Shown: positions 10,546 to 23,028 of the stretch, one piece after another
How positions within the stretch are numbered: position 1 is the stretch's first letter
Layout of the letters: every line of letters begins with the position of its first letter
Assembly: GCA_000004985.1 (NCBI GenBank)
Contig: GG738846.1
Reading direction: 5' to 3' (one strand)
Source of the DNA: Naegleria gruberi
Taxonomy: Eukaryota
DNA length: 64,000 nucleotides
Program-made: the position numbers and the translations under genes
The notes under the pieces: model-generated
The model's database searches: none
Told to the model about the DNA's origin: nothing
What the model saw: only the letters and a program-made list of their open reading frames with translations

Positions 10546-12410
10546 TTAATGATATAAAGACTTCAAATTGGATGAGTCAAGATTTTTCACCTTCTTTGAT
10601 TCTGACTGGGTTGGTAGATTGAGTGGATTTTCAATAGCAAATTTAAGGGCTCGATATGTGTTCTTCTTATCAGAAAGATTCGTCCTATAGAGATCAACGT
10701 TTTCATTGTACAAGTTCAAATTTTGTTTTTCTTTCGAAATACAAACATTTTTCTTAATTTCCTCATTCATAGAATCATCAATATTACTTAAGGCAACATC
10801 TAAATCAAACCAATCCTTATTGAATTCATATCTGTCGGCTGGAGCTTTTAAGTTTTGTCTAAAATCTTTAACGTCATATGTCACATTTACTTTTCTGCCA
10901 ATATCTTTCATTCTGTCATAGGATTCTGTTATCTTCTTAATTTCTGCTGTAGATTGCTGGCTGAACAATTTTGTTGTTGGTGATCTAAATGGACTCTTTG
11001 GGGTAAGGATTTTATCTGCTGTGTTATTTTCTTTTTGGATGGCTTTGAGATCTAACCTAGGTACTGCTGTTATGAAGAATGAGCTCTCCTGCGTTTCCTC
11101 TTGTTCTACAACTTCTATTGACGTTAATGGTTCCTGTTCCTTTATCTGGGGTGTACTCTTCTTGTTAATCTTATTTATATTAATTACCTGATTCTTTTTG
11201 TAAAACTGAGCGACTGGTACCTTAGATGAAGGGAGTTGTATGTTGTTGTCAATTAAAAGATTGATTGAATTCTTTTCACAATTATATCTGGCCCGTTCAA
11301 CATCTTTTGGTCTTGCAGATATTGGGTTCATGAATACGTCTAATACTTCCAGACACACAAAATCCATTACATACAGATCCTCATGAAAAGTAATAAAATT
11401 CTCTTGTAACGAGATATTTTTCAGGTTCTGGAATACTTCTTTCCTTATTCGTGGTATTCTCTCTATTTTGTTCTTATTAAGATTGGCCTGGACCAAACTA
11501 TTATAATTTAATGTTAGAAACAACATCCAAACAACGTACGTTGAAATTGAGCTTAGGGAAAGGAACACTCCATGATCAAGAACATTGTCCTCTAAAATAA
11601 TTTCTTCCAATTTAAAATGTGATAAATCATTTGGAAGACCTTGTAAATTATTTCCACTCAAATCCAATTTTTTCAAAGATTTCAATTTTCCCAACTCGTG
11701 AAATAGGTAAGGATCTGAAAAAGTATTATAGGAAATATTAAGAACCTGGCATGTGTAATTCTCAGAGATATTGTGATATGCTTACCTCCAATTTTGAAAA
11801 GGCTCCCTCGATATTATCTGGAACAGTAACCTTATTTAAAGCATTACAACCAATATTTAAATCTCTAAGAGATGATAGTACAGCAAACTTCTCAAATGGT
11901 AAATAATTTCCAGATACATCAATATAGTACAAGTTTTCAAAAAGAATCAACTCATTTTCATCCACATAATCCAAATCCTTGTCCCCAACAATACATTCCA
12001 AAACTTCTGATTCTGTTTCCGCATGGGTAATCCTCAACTTTATACAATCTTTCTTAATTCCAAACAAAAAAACTTACAATTAGATACTTTGAGAGTGGCT
12101 TATATTTTCTTCCAATTGATTGATTAGATTTTGATCTAAGTTCGGGAAGGGCTACTTCATTCCTATTCATCACAATTTCTCTGTGTGCAACAGATTCCTC
12201 GGTTAACTTGTATATGAGCGTCTCCGACTTGGCCGTATTGATGGCAGTGTTGTTCTTATTTTTCTCAATTACAAATGTGTTAGGTCCCATCATTTTTATT
12301 CCGTGAAGCCTCTTGGCGTAGCTTGATCCTGGAGGAATTTGAGGAAGTCCGTTAAAATCAAACTGAGGTAATTCAACTCTAGTTCTCAATAGCCTCACTT
12401 GATTGTCCAT
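10546..12410 (-). CDS. Leucine-rich-repeat protein, 3 exons (about 12410..12054, 12067..11762, 11694..10546)
   Basis: SDS22-like LRRs (LDLSGNNLQGLPNDLSHFKLEEIILEDNVL; YYIDVSGNYLPFEKFAVLSSLRDLNIGCNALNKV; LKNISLQENFITF) followed by a long low-complexity tail. Exon junctions approximate. Confidence 0.5.
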
Positions 12411-12511
12411 TTTTTTTTAAAATTAAAAAGATGTTTATTCGTAGTATTTTTAGCGGGAGATGTAAAATGTTCTCCACCTCAGTAGAACTCTAACCAACCA
12501 ACGCCATTTAT

Positions 12512-14089
12512 TTAATAATCCTTTGGCAATGAATTCATTGGATCTTCAAAATGGCTCTTCTTTTTTCTATATTCCTCCATTTCTTGCTCTGATATTTGAT
12601 AATTCGATTTTGAATATGGTGAACCAGTTTCTAACTTTCGCTTCTTTTCTTGTTGGATTGGATATGAGAATTCTGATTTTCTTATATTCTCATTTTGCTT
12701 ACTATTAATTGTTATTGGCTCCTCTTTGGTCGTTGTGCTAGTTTCCAAAATATTATTATTGGAGTTACAAAAACATTTTCTATCAAATTGACGACAACAT
12801 CTAAATCCCCATCCTTTGTTTGGATCCCAATGTGAACCAAAGACACTCGTGTGTCCATTATAGAATACATCCTCTTCATATTTACTCTTTATAGTAGCTT
12901 GGTGTTTACCTCCAATAATTCTACCACTTGTAGAGTATTCAGCATAATTTTCAGTTTGAGCAGTTACGTATTCTTGAGGCTTGTTTAAGAATTTTTCTCC
13001 TCCATATCTTTCTACTATTGCTTTTTTCCTAGTTTCTTCCAATTCTCTCTTCTTTTGTTTGAAATGTGAGTGGGCCATAAAGGCTTGTGAAGGCACTGAC
13101 GCAATATTAATATCCTCTCCTCTATTGACAGCATCCCACATAAACTTTTGGGCTTGAATAAACTCATTATACTCTCCAGTTTTCTTAGTGGCATTGTCGC
13201 CAGTATATGGAGCTTCTGAAGGATCAACAAAAGGTAAAGGGTTACCTCTCATAGAACGAGTTTTAGAATCATAGTGAGCACTATCTAATTCGAGATTGTA
13301 TAAATACTTTGGAATATCCTCTCTGGTACGAATTGATTGTGACACACTGGTAGTTTTCACTTCTTTTTTTCCACTTCTTCCAGATTTATCCAAATCTTCA
13401 TCTCCAGAATCTGATGATGAAAAATATTCATCATCACTAGAATCACTATTATTATTTTGTTTGTTTTCATTATCCTTTTCTTGATTACGTTGTTCTTTTT
13501 TCCTTTGTTTTTCTATCATTTTTTCATGAAGTTGACGATCCTTATTCTTCTTTCTTTCTTTTTCCAATTCTTGATGTACTTCCACAACCTCCTTTGCGTA
13601 TAGACTCGAGTCATACCCATTCCAATTATCTCTTTTGGCTTCAAAGCCCTTGACTTGAATATTGTGAATTAAATCATCGGGAGCAATGTCACTATTAGTA
13701 AGAGCAGCACCTTTTCTTCTAGGTCTTTCAGTGCACTCTTTTTCTTTATGGGTCATAGATCCACAATTCTTACAAGCACCTTTTCTGTATTTGGTGGCAG
13801 CTTGAATTTTTATTCCGCGATTGTACCAATTTCCAAACTCATCTTTTTCTTTTTCGGAATACCTCTGATGGTCTAAACTAGGAGCACCACGATCCAAGTA
13901 CCAAGGAGCTTGTTTAATGTATTGTGGAATGTGAGGATTGATGTCTCTTCCTTGTTCATCTTTTTCCGGCATTACGAGACCATTTTTACGAGCCTCTTCT
14001 ATTAATTGTTGTTTTTTATATTCATCTCTACTCAGACGTTGTGATGAAGCACTGGCAGATGGATTGCTCTTATTATTTGATGATGACAT
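12512..14089 (-). CDS. SLU7: Pre-mRNA splicing factor SLU7, single exon, 525 aa
   Basis: CCHC zinc knuckle KGACKNCGSMTHKEKEC. Conserved SLU7 blocks NWYNRGIKIQAATKYRKGA and RPRRKGAALTNSDIAPDDLIHNIQVKGFEAKRDNWNGYD. Confidence 0.9.
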   Translation of the reverse strand: MSSSNNKSNPSASASSQRLSRDEYKKQQLIEEARKNGLVMPEKDEQGRDINPHIPQYIKQAPWYLDRGAPSLDHQRYSEKEKDEFGNWYNRGIKIQAATKYRKGACKNCGSMTHKEKECTERPRRKGAALTNSDIAPDDLIHNIQVKGFEAKRDNWNGYDSSLYAKEVVEVHQELEKERKKNKDRQLHEKMIEKQRKKEQRNQEKDNENKQNNNSDSSDDEYFSSSDSGDEDLDKSGRSGKKEVKTTSVSQSIRTREDIPKYLYNLELDSAHYDSKTRSMRGNPLPFVDPSEAPYTGDNATKKTGEYNEFIQAQKFMWDAVNRGEDINIASVPSQAFMAHSHFKQKKRELEETRKKAIVERYGGEKFLNKPQEYVTAQTENYAEYSTSGRIIGGKHQATIKSKYEEDVFYNGHTSVFGSHWDPNKGWGFRCCRQFDRKCFCNSNNNILETSTTTKEEPITINSKQNENIRKSEFSYPIQQEKKRKLETGSPYSKSNYQISEQEMEEYRKKKSHFEDPMNSLPKDY

Positions 14090-14162
14090 TTTTTTGATAA
14101 AAAAATTTTAAAATAGAAATTTGGTTGAAGGGTAATCCCGCTAATTTCTATCTACAAAAAAA
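14090..14162. promoter_or_regulatory. About 73-bp divergent promoter region between SLU7 (minus) and LRR_cc gene (plus)
   Basis: Divergent start codons at 14089 (minus) and 14163 (plus) with an A/T-rich spacer. Confidence 0.3.
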
Positions 14163-16040
14163 ATGCTCAACCAAAGACTTCCTCCAACGAGAGGAGGGCA
14201 CAGAAGTAGAGCCTCTTCGGCTGCCAATCAAGAAAATGAATTACGACCTCCAAGTGTTGATCCTAGAGCACAAACTCCGGAAATACCTAACGATGATTTG
14301 GTAGCATCAAGACATGCTAGTGCATCCTCCTCTCTTGTACAAGCCTACAACAGGGCCAATCTTTCTAATTTAATACCTGGAGAAGCCAAACCAGCAAAAA
14401 CTCTTGGTTTATTAAAATCTCTTACTGCAGAACAAAAACCACAACGAGACTATATCAAGTATCCTTTTATGCTTTATGAAGATACAGATAGGTATTACTA
14501 TTCGGACAATGTTCAAGCTTTTTGGAATGAAACAAGATCAAATCTGGAGGAAAATCAAGAATCATTCAAGGATTTATCTTCTGGCGCTACTGATTTCGAG
14601 GATGGAGATGAACAATTGCGAGAGGAACTATTTTCTATTCATACCCAAACCAAAGCTAAAACACTCTGGGCAATTAGTAGTGGTATGTCTTCATTGGAAA
14701 AAACCTCTTCTCCCTTTACAAGGGAAGAGAAGGTTGTAAACTTGGATATGAGGGCAATTGTATCCTCTAGACCTGCTTCGTCTGGTTCAACAACAAGGTC
14801 AGCAAGAACTAGTCAATATATGGCAGGTCCATTTTCTGATTTAATTGATTCGGTTGATAATTCTGGAACTAAATTTAAACAAATTGATGACACAAAGGAT
14901 CACACAAAAAGAAGTTATATTATTAATGCAAGTGGAAGATCAATCTCTTCGATTTATCATCCAAATACTAAACGACCAAGCAGAATATCTAATTTTGTTG
15001 AGAATATGAGTATAACTAATGAGTCTTTATTTACTTTTATTTCAACAGAAAATGTGATAACGTTAGACCTTGAAAGATGCGTTGAAATAGATAATAAGGT
15101 GCTAAAAAGTATTGGAGAGTACTGTCCTAGGTTAAACTCTTTGAATTTACAACATTGTTCACAACTTCGTGACAGTACCATTAGAATCATTGTTAATGGA
15201 TGTTCTGATATTCAAAATCTAAATATTGGCATGTGTCATCTCGTTACAGATGAAAGTCTTGTTGAAATTTTCACACATTGCAGAAAACTAAGAGTGTTGT
15301 CTGTTCATTCATGTGAAATGATAACCGGAGAATTATCGTTCCGCATGACAAAGAATACGCCATTTTTGGAAGTATTGGATATTAGTTTTTGCACAAAATT
15401 TTCAGATATTGCACTTCAATTCTTGTCTGAGTACTGTACTAGATTGAAACATTTGGATGTAAGTGGTTGTCCTCTAATTCAAGATGAGGGACTGTTATCA
15501 ATCTGCAAGCATTGTCCTCAAATTGTAACAATGAGAACTACTATTTTATCCCAACCTACCATCACAAGTGATTCTCTTTCTTTCCTAACTAACTATGCCA
15601 GAAATTTAGAAGTTCTTGAACTTAGTGGAATATTTCAAATTAAGGATGAGTCTGTTGTGGAAATTTGTAAATATGGTCAACGCCTAGAATTTCTTTCTCT
15701 TAGTGGATGTCCAAATATTACAGACGATTCAATTAACGCAATTTCAGATCATTGCCAAAATTTACGTTGCTTAGAAGTTGCTGGGTGTAGGAAAATTAGT
15801 GTACAGGCTCTATTGGAACTCATTCACAAAGTAACCAAGTTAAGAAGATTGGTTGTTACTAGATGTAATATTTCAATTGAGGAATTAGACATTCTTAGAA
15901 AATTCACAAACGGAAGAGTTAATGTTGTCAAGCAAGAACCAATACCAAAAGAAAAAATTAAGGAGTACTTTACTGTTATTAAGGAAAAAGCAGTGAAAAA
16001 GAAAATATCTAAAAAGAAAGGAGAAAAGAAGAAGAAATAA
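14163..16040 (+). CDS. Cysteine-containing LRR (LRR_cc, FBXL/AMN1-type) protein, single exon, 625 aa, with N-terminal disordered region
   Basis: Repeated LxxCxxLxxLxLxxCxxITD units (LDLERCVEIDNKVLKSIGEYCPRLNSLNLQHCSQLRDSTI; LNIGMCHLVTDESL; LSLSGCPNITDDSINAISDHCQNLRCLEVAGCRKIS). No clear F-box seen. Confidence 0.65.
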   Translation: MLNQRLPPTRGGHRSRASSAANQENELRPPSVDPRAQTPEIPNDDLVASRHASASSSLVQAYNRANLSNLIPGEAKPAKTLGLLKSLTAEQKPQRDYIKYPFMLYEDTDRYYYSDNVQAFWNETRSNLEENQESFKDLSSGATDFEDGDEQLREELFSIHTQTKAKTLWAISSGMSSLEKTSSPFTREEKVVNLDMRAIVSSRPASSGSTTRSARTSQYMAGPFSDLIDSVDNSGTKFKQIDDTKDHTKRSYIINASGRSISSIYHPNTKRPSRISNFVENMSITNESLFTFISTENVITLDLERCVEIDNKVLKSIGEYCPRLNSLNLQHCSQLRDSTIRIIVNGCSDIQNLNIGMCHLVTDESLVEIFTHCRKLRVLSVHSCEMITGELSFRMTKNTPFLEVLDISFCTKFSDIALQFLSEYCTRLKHLDVSGCPLIQDEGLLSICKHCPQIVTMRTTILSQPTITSDSLSFLTNYARNLEVLELSGIFQIKDESVVEICKYGQRLEFLSLSGCPNITDDSINAISDHCQNLRCLEVAGCRKISVQALLELIHKVTKLRRLVVTRCNISIEELDILRKFTNGRVNVVKQEPIPKEKIKEYFTVIKEKAVKKKISKKKGEKKKK

Positions 16041-16137
16041 ATACTTTTTAAAAGTCAACTGCCTTACGTGAAAGTTTATTTTTGACCATTGTTGTATTGT
16101 AGTTGTTCCCGCCAATGTTTTGCACAAAATAAAAAAA

Positions 16138-19100
16138 ATGCTAAACAATGGTATGTTGATTAATGTTTGCCATTGTATTCATGACTTTATAGCCTGGCAA
16201 CAGCCGTACGTAAACCTAGTAAAATTATGCTCCGAGAAGGGGAAACAACATTCTTGTGAAGGAGGAGTTACGCAAGAGATGGATCGAGACATCGGAAGAA
16301 CAGTATTCAGAATTAAAGGTTCTGTGCCATCAAATAACTATATTTCCTTTCCATCATCTATTCCTAAAAATAAGGGTGATGTGCTTGGTTTAATTGGTCA
16401 ATTTTGTTACGTAGAGTTGAGAGCTAATAGGGATGTATTTGTATTTCATGTTGAGATTATGACTAAGGATGAATTAACCTTTAGATTTTCTTTCGGAAAC
16501 ATTTCCAAACAATTCAAAGTAAGTTATCAAAGAGATCTCTTGTTTTAATTTCAATTAGAAAACTCATAATTCAATTTTCATACCCGTTGATTATCTGTCC
16601 GAGAGTTGGACTGTGCTTGCCATAGATTTTAAAGCTCTTGTTCAGACACACCTAGATAAAGTATTCAAATGTATTAGAGGCATAATTACTTGTTCAAACC
16701 TGTCATTGAAGAATGTATACACAAGTGACAATATCTATTCTACGGACACACTTACTAAAGACATGTTTCTTCCAGTTCCAAAAGGAAGTAGTTGGACTGA
16801 TCTTTATGAATGGCATTGGATTCCATCAGAACCAACAAATATCAAATTAGCATGTATTATTGACCCTCAAACTCTTAAAAAGCCTTCAACTAGTTTTAAT
16901 ACAAGTAGGACTTCATCAATTGGATCCGCCAACTCTAGACGATCAAAAATTACTGGTGTTTCTAATAAGAGTATGCTGACACCTTCTCCAATTTTGGATA
17001 TCAAACGTTTTATTGGATACAATTGTTACTATAATTCCAACTTGTGTTGGACTTTGGATTCAAATTACTGTATTTTCCCAAGTGGCTCATCAATTATCAA
17101 AATGGAAGTAGCTACAGGTAAGTAATTCTTTGATGGTGATGCTGAAAAATAATAGGAACCCAAACTGCTTTTCAAGGTCATACCCAATCCATCACCTCTA
17201 TTTGTACAGATTACAAATGTAGTATTATAGCAAGTATTCAGAATAATATTCCTCTGATTAGGTTATGGGATATCGAATCTGGGAGATGTTTATCTGTTTT
17301 AAAAGGTCAAGAGACTGAAATTAGTTGTGTTTGCATATCTGATAGTGGGAATGTAATGGTAACAATTGGAAAAGATAAATCTCTAAAGACTCAGTTTATT
17401 ATTTGGGATATTTCAAATATTAGAGATTCTGGTGAAGATGTTCCTATTATTTCTAAATATGTATGCGATTATTCAGTTCAAAAGGTCAAATTTGCTCCCA
17501 ATGAAGAAACTAAATTTGTTACTTGTGGAATGGAAAATATTAGATTGTGGAGATTGAAAGGTGGAATAGTTAGAGGTTGTTCACTCTCTCTGGAAAACTA
17601 TAGTCTAACAAAACAAAACTTTCTTGATATTGCTTTCGAAAAGGCATTTCTTTCTCCTCATGTAAGTATTTCAGGTTGATGAAACTTAAATGTTATTCTT
17701 AGTTAGGAGACAAAGACCACAGATTCTACTTAGGAACCGAATCAGGTGCTATTTATCAAGTAAATTATAATAAGAGAATAATAGAGTGTGTATTCCAACT
17801 TCATAACAGTGCAATCAATACTCTCTACATTAATGAAGGAATTTGTATTACAGGATCTGCTGATAAGTTTGTTAGAGTTTGGCCCCTAGATTTCTCTGAT
17901 TTTTTCATAGAGGCTGAATTGGAAAACTCTGTCACCAGTGTTGTGACATCTAAGGATGGATTCAAAGCTCTTATAGGAGACTCAAATGGATCTATTGGAA
18001 TTTTGGAAATAAGTACTCAGATCTACAGATCAGTACTACGATCTCACACAAAAACTGTTTTGGACGTAGTTAGTGATCCTAGTAGAATGGAGTTTGCTTC
18101 TGTGTCTCTTGATAGAACAATCAGAATTTGGGATCTTACAACTTTAAATCAAAAATATCAATTCGATATTGACGGAGAGAGCCCAATTTGTGTGGACTAC
18201 CACAAGACAGAGTACATGATAGCATGTGGATTCGAGTCTGGTATTGTAAGAATCTTTGAAGTCAACACAACCCAAGTTCTCGAAGAGTACAAGGCACACT
18301 TGTCTGATGTATTGGCCATAGCATACACATTTGATTCCAAGTGGCTAATCACCTCTTCCAAAGAATCTATTTGTATCTCAGATACCAAACACATGTACCA
18401 ACCCGTCAAGGTTATTCCCTACACATGTGAATGCAAAAGGGTGTGTTTATCATTGAGCAGAGATGGAAGATTCTTTGCATTTATTGGACCAAATAGAAAT
18501 ATTATACATGTGTACAGCTGTAAAGACTTTGAAGAAGTTTATATTTTCGAAACTCCAACCGACTTGTTCGAAGGAATAGTCTTTTCCTCTGATTCTAAGG
18601 AAATAATTGCATCCACTTCAGACAACAAGCTAATGGCCATTTGTTTGGAAAAAGGAGAAATTATTTCAGAAACTGTAAGTAGGTCGATTAGTTTGAAATT
18701 TACATCTTTATCAAAGGAATATTCAAGTAAAAACTATGCTGTAACACTAGACACAAGTCAAAATGGAAAATATTTAGTTACTGGAGGTGACGATAAATTA
18801 ATAAGGGTCTGGAACTCGAAAGACTTGGCCAACTTTAGCTGTCAAAAATTTGTTGGTCATTCTGGAGAAATTAAGAAGGTTCTTTTCAGTTCAGATTATG
18901 GTCATGTCATTAGTTGCGGAGATAATGGTATAATTGTTTGGAACTTCTTAGGAGACAAATCAAGAGATATTAATCTAATGATCGAAACACACTTGGAAAG
19001 AAAGATGATGGAAAAGAAAAAAAAGGAAGATTTTGAAGTTGATGATTTACCAAATAGATATAATGATCTTTTCTCTAAAGCTTTAGAGGAAAAGATGAGA

Positions 19101-21284
19101 CATGATATTGAGACACTTAAAGATGATCCTGCTGTTAAGGAAGATCCAAAAGAGGATCCTAAAACAACCACTTTACCGTCAAATGAACATAATAAGAATA
19201 TCATTACACCATTCAGACAATATAAGCTAAATAGACCTATCTCAAGAGTAACTGTGCGCGACAGAAATATGCCCACTGAAAACCCCTGCCTTAAATTAGG
19301 AAGAATTACTGGATATAATGGAAATGCCAGAGAGAACTTGATTTGGGATGAACCAAACAAACGTTTGATTTACACATCTGGAAATGTTATTATTATTGAA
19401 GATATCTTGACCAGACACCAACAATATCTTTTCGGTCATGAACATGAAATTAATGCACTAGCAATCCACCCAAACGGAAAAATATTGGCATCGTGTGGTG
19501 GGGTAAAAGGAATTACAATGGATTCACCAATTTTGTTTTGGAGTCTGGAAACAAACTCTGCTTTCAAGAAATTAGATTACCACAGATGGGGTGTTTTGGC
19601 AATGGACTTTTCTTATGACGGAAAGTATTTTGTTAGTGTTGGCGTCAATGAATATGATGAGAAAAACGTACTGGCTGTATGGTCTGTAGAAACTGGAAAA
19701 ATGATTGTTAATGCTATGGTTTCAGAGATAATCCATGCTGTAAAATGGTTTCCAACCTCTCCTTCATCAGAGTTTATTACCACAGGCAAAAATTCCATCA
19801 TTTTTTGGTATTTGAATCCAGAAGGGCAATTGCTAATGTCTCCAGCTAAGGTTGATGAAACATATGTGATAAGTGGAAATAGAGATGGAGAAACTATTAC
19901 TCACTATTCTTGCATTGGATTTAGTGAAGACTATAGAAGTGCTTGGGTTGGCTCAACACAAGGCTCAATTTATTGTTTTAATATTGAGACAAATGAACTC
20001 GAGTTCAAGTGGGTGGATGCTCACGATTCTGAGGTAGATTATGTTTATTGGAGGAAAAACACTGTTATCACAGCAGGAACAGACTGCCAAATCAAGAGGT
20101 GGAAGGTTAGCAAAAAAGACAAAATCTATACCATGATACTCAGGGAGCAAATGGAAGTTGATACACCAATTACTTCTGCTTATTTTGATAATGACAAGTG
20201 TAATCAAGGAGTAGTTGGAACGGCATCTGGAACTATTTGGTATATTAATTGGGAGCAGCAACAGTGCATTAGATTGATCAGTTGCCATTCAAATTTTGTT
20301 ACAGGAATTGTAAAGGTTAATGACTATCTTACTTCATGCTCTCATGATGGTTCTCTACGTATTTGGTCCAGAGTTGATGAAAATCAAGTAGTATCCTATA
20401 ACCAAATTCTTGAACTAAAGAGAGGAGAGACTAATCCCACCCCTGCACTCTGTATGTGTAACAGTACAACTAGTAACCTTGTAGCAGTAGGATTTTTGGA
20501 TGGATCGATCTATATTAATTATCTTAATGATCTCGAAAATGTTTTAAAGAACAAGATAAGACCTCATGAAGAAGCAATAACATGTATAGCTCTAACACCA
20601 AGCAACAGAATCATCACAGGAAGTGCAGGTGGTTTAATTACTATTGTTGATAATTTAGTTAATATTTCAGAAGATACCTCACTGGCACCTACAGAATTTT
20701 TGGAAAATAGATTTGTATTTATCAAGGAGTTTTTAGGTCACAGATTATGTTCTCTTGATTATGATGCTAAATCAAGACGATTTGTAAATACAACTGCCAC
20801 AGGCCTCGTGTCTGTTTGGAATGAGAATGACTTGTCTCAAGTTGCCAAGTTTGCCCCACATATTTATACCAGAAAGGTTGCAGAAAAGGAAAAGTATGAA
20901 GTGGATATCATTGCCAAATTCTCTCCTTTTGATTCAGATTTATTATTGATTACTGCTCCTTCTAAAGGTACCCCCAAGATTGAGTTTTACAATTATAAGA
21001 GGGAATATTGTGTTAAAGTTGTCGACTTGAATAGATTTGTCAGTTGTTTTGCTGTGTCTGTAAAACACAAATTAATTGCATTTGGTTCTAGAGAAAGAAT
21101 GGTAGCTATAATGGACTATGATAGTGGTGAGTTTGAAGAATATGAAGCTCATGGAGATTGTGTTAAATCTATCATGTTCGATGATACTACCGATCAAGTC
21201 TTATCCTCTGGGTTTTCTGATTTGGTTGTGTGGAAAGTCGGCTCATCAAGACCATCAGGTAAAAATATCAACACAACAAACTAA
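16138..21284 (+). CDS. WDR90: WDR90/POC16 orthologue (N-terminal CFAP20/DUF667 domain + many WD40 repeats), 4 exons: 16138..16518, 16604..17117, 17156..17661, 17704..21284
   Basis: CFAP20-like domain: GRTVFRIKGSVPSNNYISFPSS...LGLIGQFCYVELRANRDVFVFHVEIMTKDELTFRFSFGNISKQFK | SWTVLAIDFKALVQTHLDKVFKCIRGIITCSNLSLKNVYTSDNIY...FLPVPKGSSWTDLY aligns block-for-block with the human WDR90 N-terminus. WD40 region: IRLWDIESGRCLSVLKG, FVRVWPLDFSDFFIEAE, RTIRIWDLTTLNQ, etc. Introns 85, 38 and 42 nt. Confidence 0.85.
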
Positions 21285-21289
21285 AAAAT

Positions 21290-22973
21290 TTATTCATTCT
21301 TCTGCTTTTTGAGATAATTAATTTCTTTTGAATTGGCATGGAAGGAGTTTCGTTTTCTTTTAGAAAAGCTTTGCTCTTCAGATGTTGGAGTGGTTGCATC
21401 ACTATTCGATGCAGTATCACTCTCTTCATTTGGTGGATTGGGCACCAAACGATCAAATAAAGACCATTCAAATAAATCAGATGCCCTTTTACAGAACTCT
21501 ACACCTCTAACACTGTTTCCTCTTGGATCTAGACGAGGAGAAAACAAGCACATTCCCATAACAGAAGGAATAACAATGCATATTGCCCCTGCAACACCAG
21601 ACTTGGCTGGCAACCCAACTGTGCAGGACCAATTACCAGAAAAATCATACATTCCACAAGACAGCTAAATTTGAAATGTTAATACAAAAACATTTGAAAC
21701 ATACCATTAACTGAAGTGCACATTTTACCGTGTCATTTGATACAATTCTATTATTTGTTAGAGGGCAAGTTCCACCGTTTGCCAATGTTGCAGACATTGT
21801 AGCTAAACTGTTAGAATTGACAAGAATGGAACAAATTTGAAAATATAAATCTAGTGTGTCTTCCAATCTAGATTCTTCTGGAAATACATTATTTTCCTGC
21901 ATATAATAAGCAAGAGCAAAATTACGATCTCCTGTTGATTTCTCACTTAGAAAGGTAGCATTATCAAAACCAATTTTACTGCCACCAGCAAATTTGGAAA
22001 ATTTACTGGAAACATATGTAAATCTCTTTGATGGTGACAAGTCTGGTTTTACGAGTGAACATACAGTAATAGCTCCTGCATTAATCATTGGATTGTGTGG
22101 CTTATTTTCATCATCAAGTGTGAAAGCATTGAAACTTCCACCACTTGGTTCAAATCCAACATATTGATGAACATTGTCTGCTCCAATATCTTCACAAACA
22201 ATACAGTAGGTGAAAACTTTTGAGCAAGACTGAATAGTAAAATCAACATCACTATCCCCCAATGAAAAACGTTGACCATCTACTGTACAAATAGCCAATC
22301 CATATAATTCTGGATCCACTTCAGCTAATTGAGGGATATATGTAGCCACATTACCACCTTTGATTTCCTTTGTTTGTTCGAATATTTCTTTAATTTTAGA
22401 ACAAAAGTTAGACCAATCTGGAATTGCCAATCTTCCAGTTAATGCCCTACTGATAATATTTGTATTTTCTCCGACAATATTATAAAAAGCATCAAAATCA
22501 ATTACAACCTTCTTGTACTCATCAGAGTTTTCATCATAATTTCCATTATTAATACCAAGTATAATTTCTTTTATCAAATTTTTCAACTCTGGGTTATTCT
22601 TGGAATCCAATCCTTCTTTTTTGAGAGCCATTTCCAAATCTCCAACAGTAATAAAACCTTGTTTTTTAACATCCAAATCCGAATATAATTTTGAAATTAA
22701 TTTACGTTCTTGTTCAAATTTTGTTTGAATTAAAACATCTGGTGATCTACCAAGACCGTTTAAAGAACCAATCGTTGGTGATGGAACTTCCGAAGATGTT
22801 GATGCATTGAATACAGCATCATAAATTGTTTGTTCGGCCATGGCAGAGTCGTTATCAATTGTTGTTACTGGTGTATTATTGTTTTGAAGGGGATGTGATC
22901 GTGGATGATGAACAAGATGTAATGGAGTATCTGTTTCCTCTGGATAAACAAAAGGGTTTTTACTGTCTTTCAT
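21290..22973 (-). CDS. GLS: Glutaminase (kidney-type GLS family, serine-dependent), 2 exons: 22973..21705, 21664..21290 (40-nt intron 21665..21704)
   Basis: EF-hand-like QGFITVGDLEMALKKEGLD. Catalytic core VATYIPQLAEVDPELYGLAICTVDGQRFSLGDSD...QSCSKVFTYCIV...NPMINAGAITV and LDLYFQICSI...ATLANGGTCPLTNNRIV. Spliced continuation ALQLM|LSCGMYDFSGNWSCTVGLPAKSGVAGAICIVIPSVMGM. Confidence 0.85.
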
Positions 22974-23028
22974 TTTTTTTGTTGTGTTATGATTTTTATC
23001 AGAGCTATTCTTTAATAAAAATACAATA

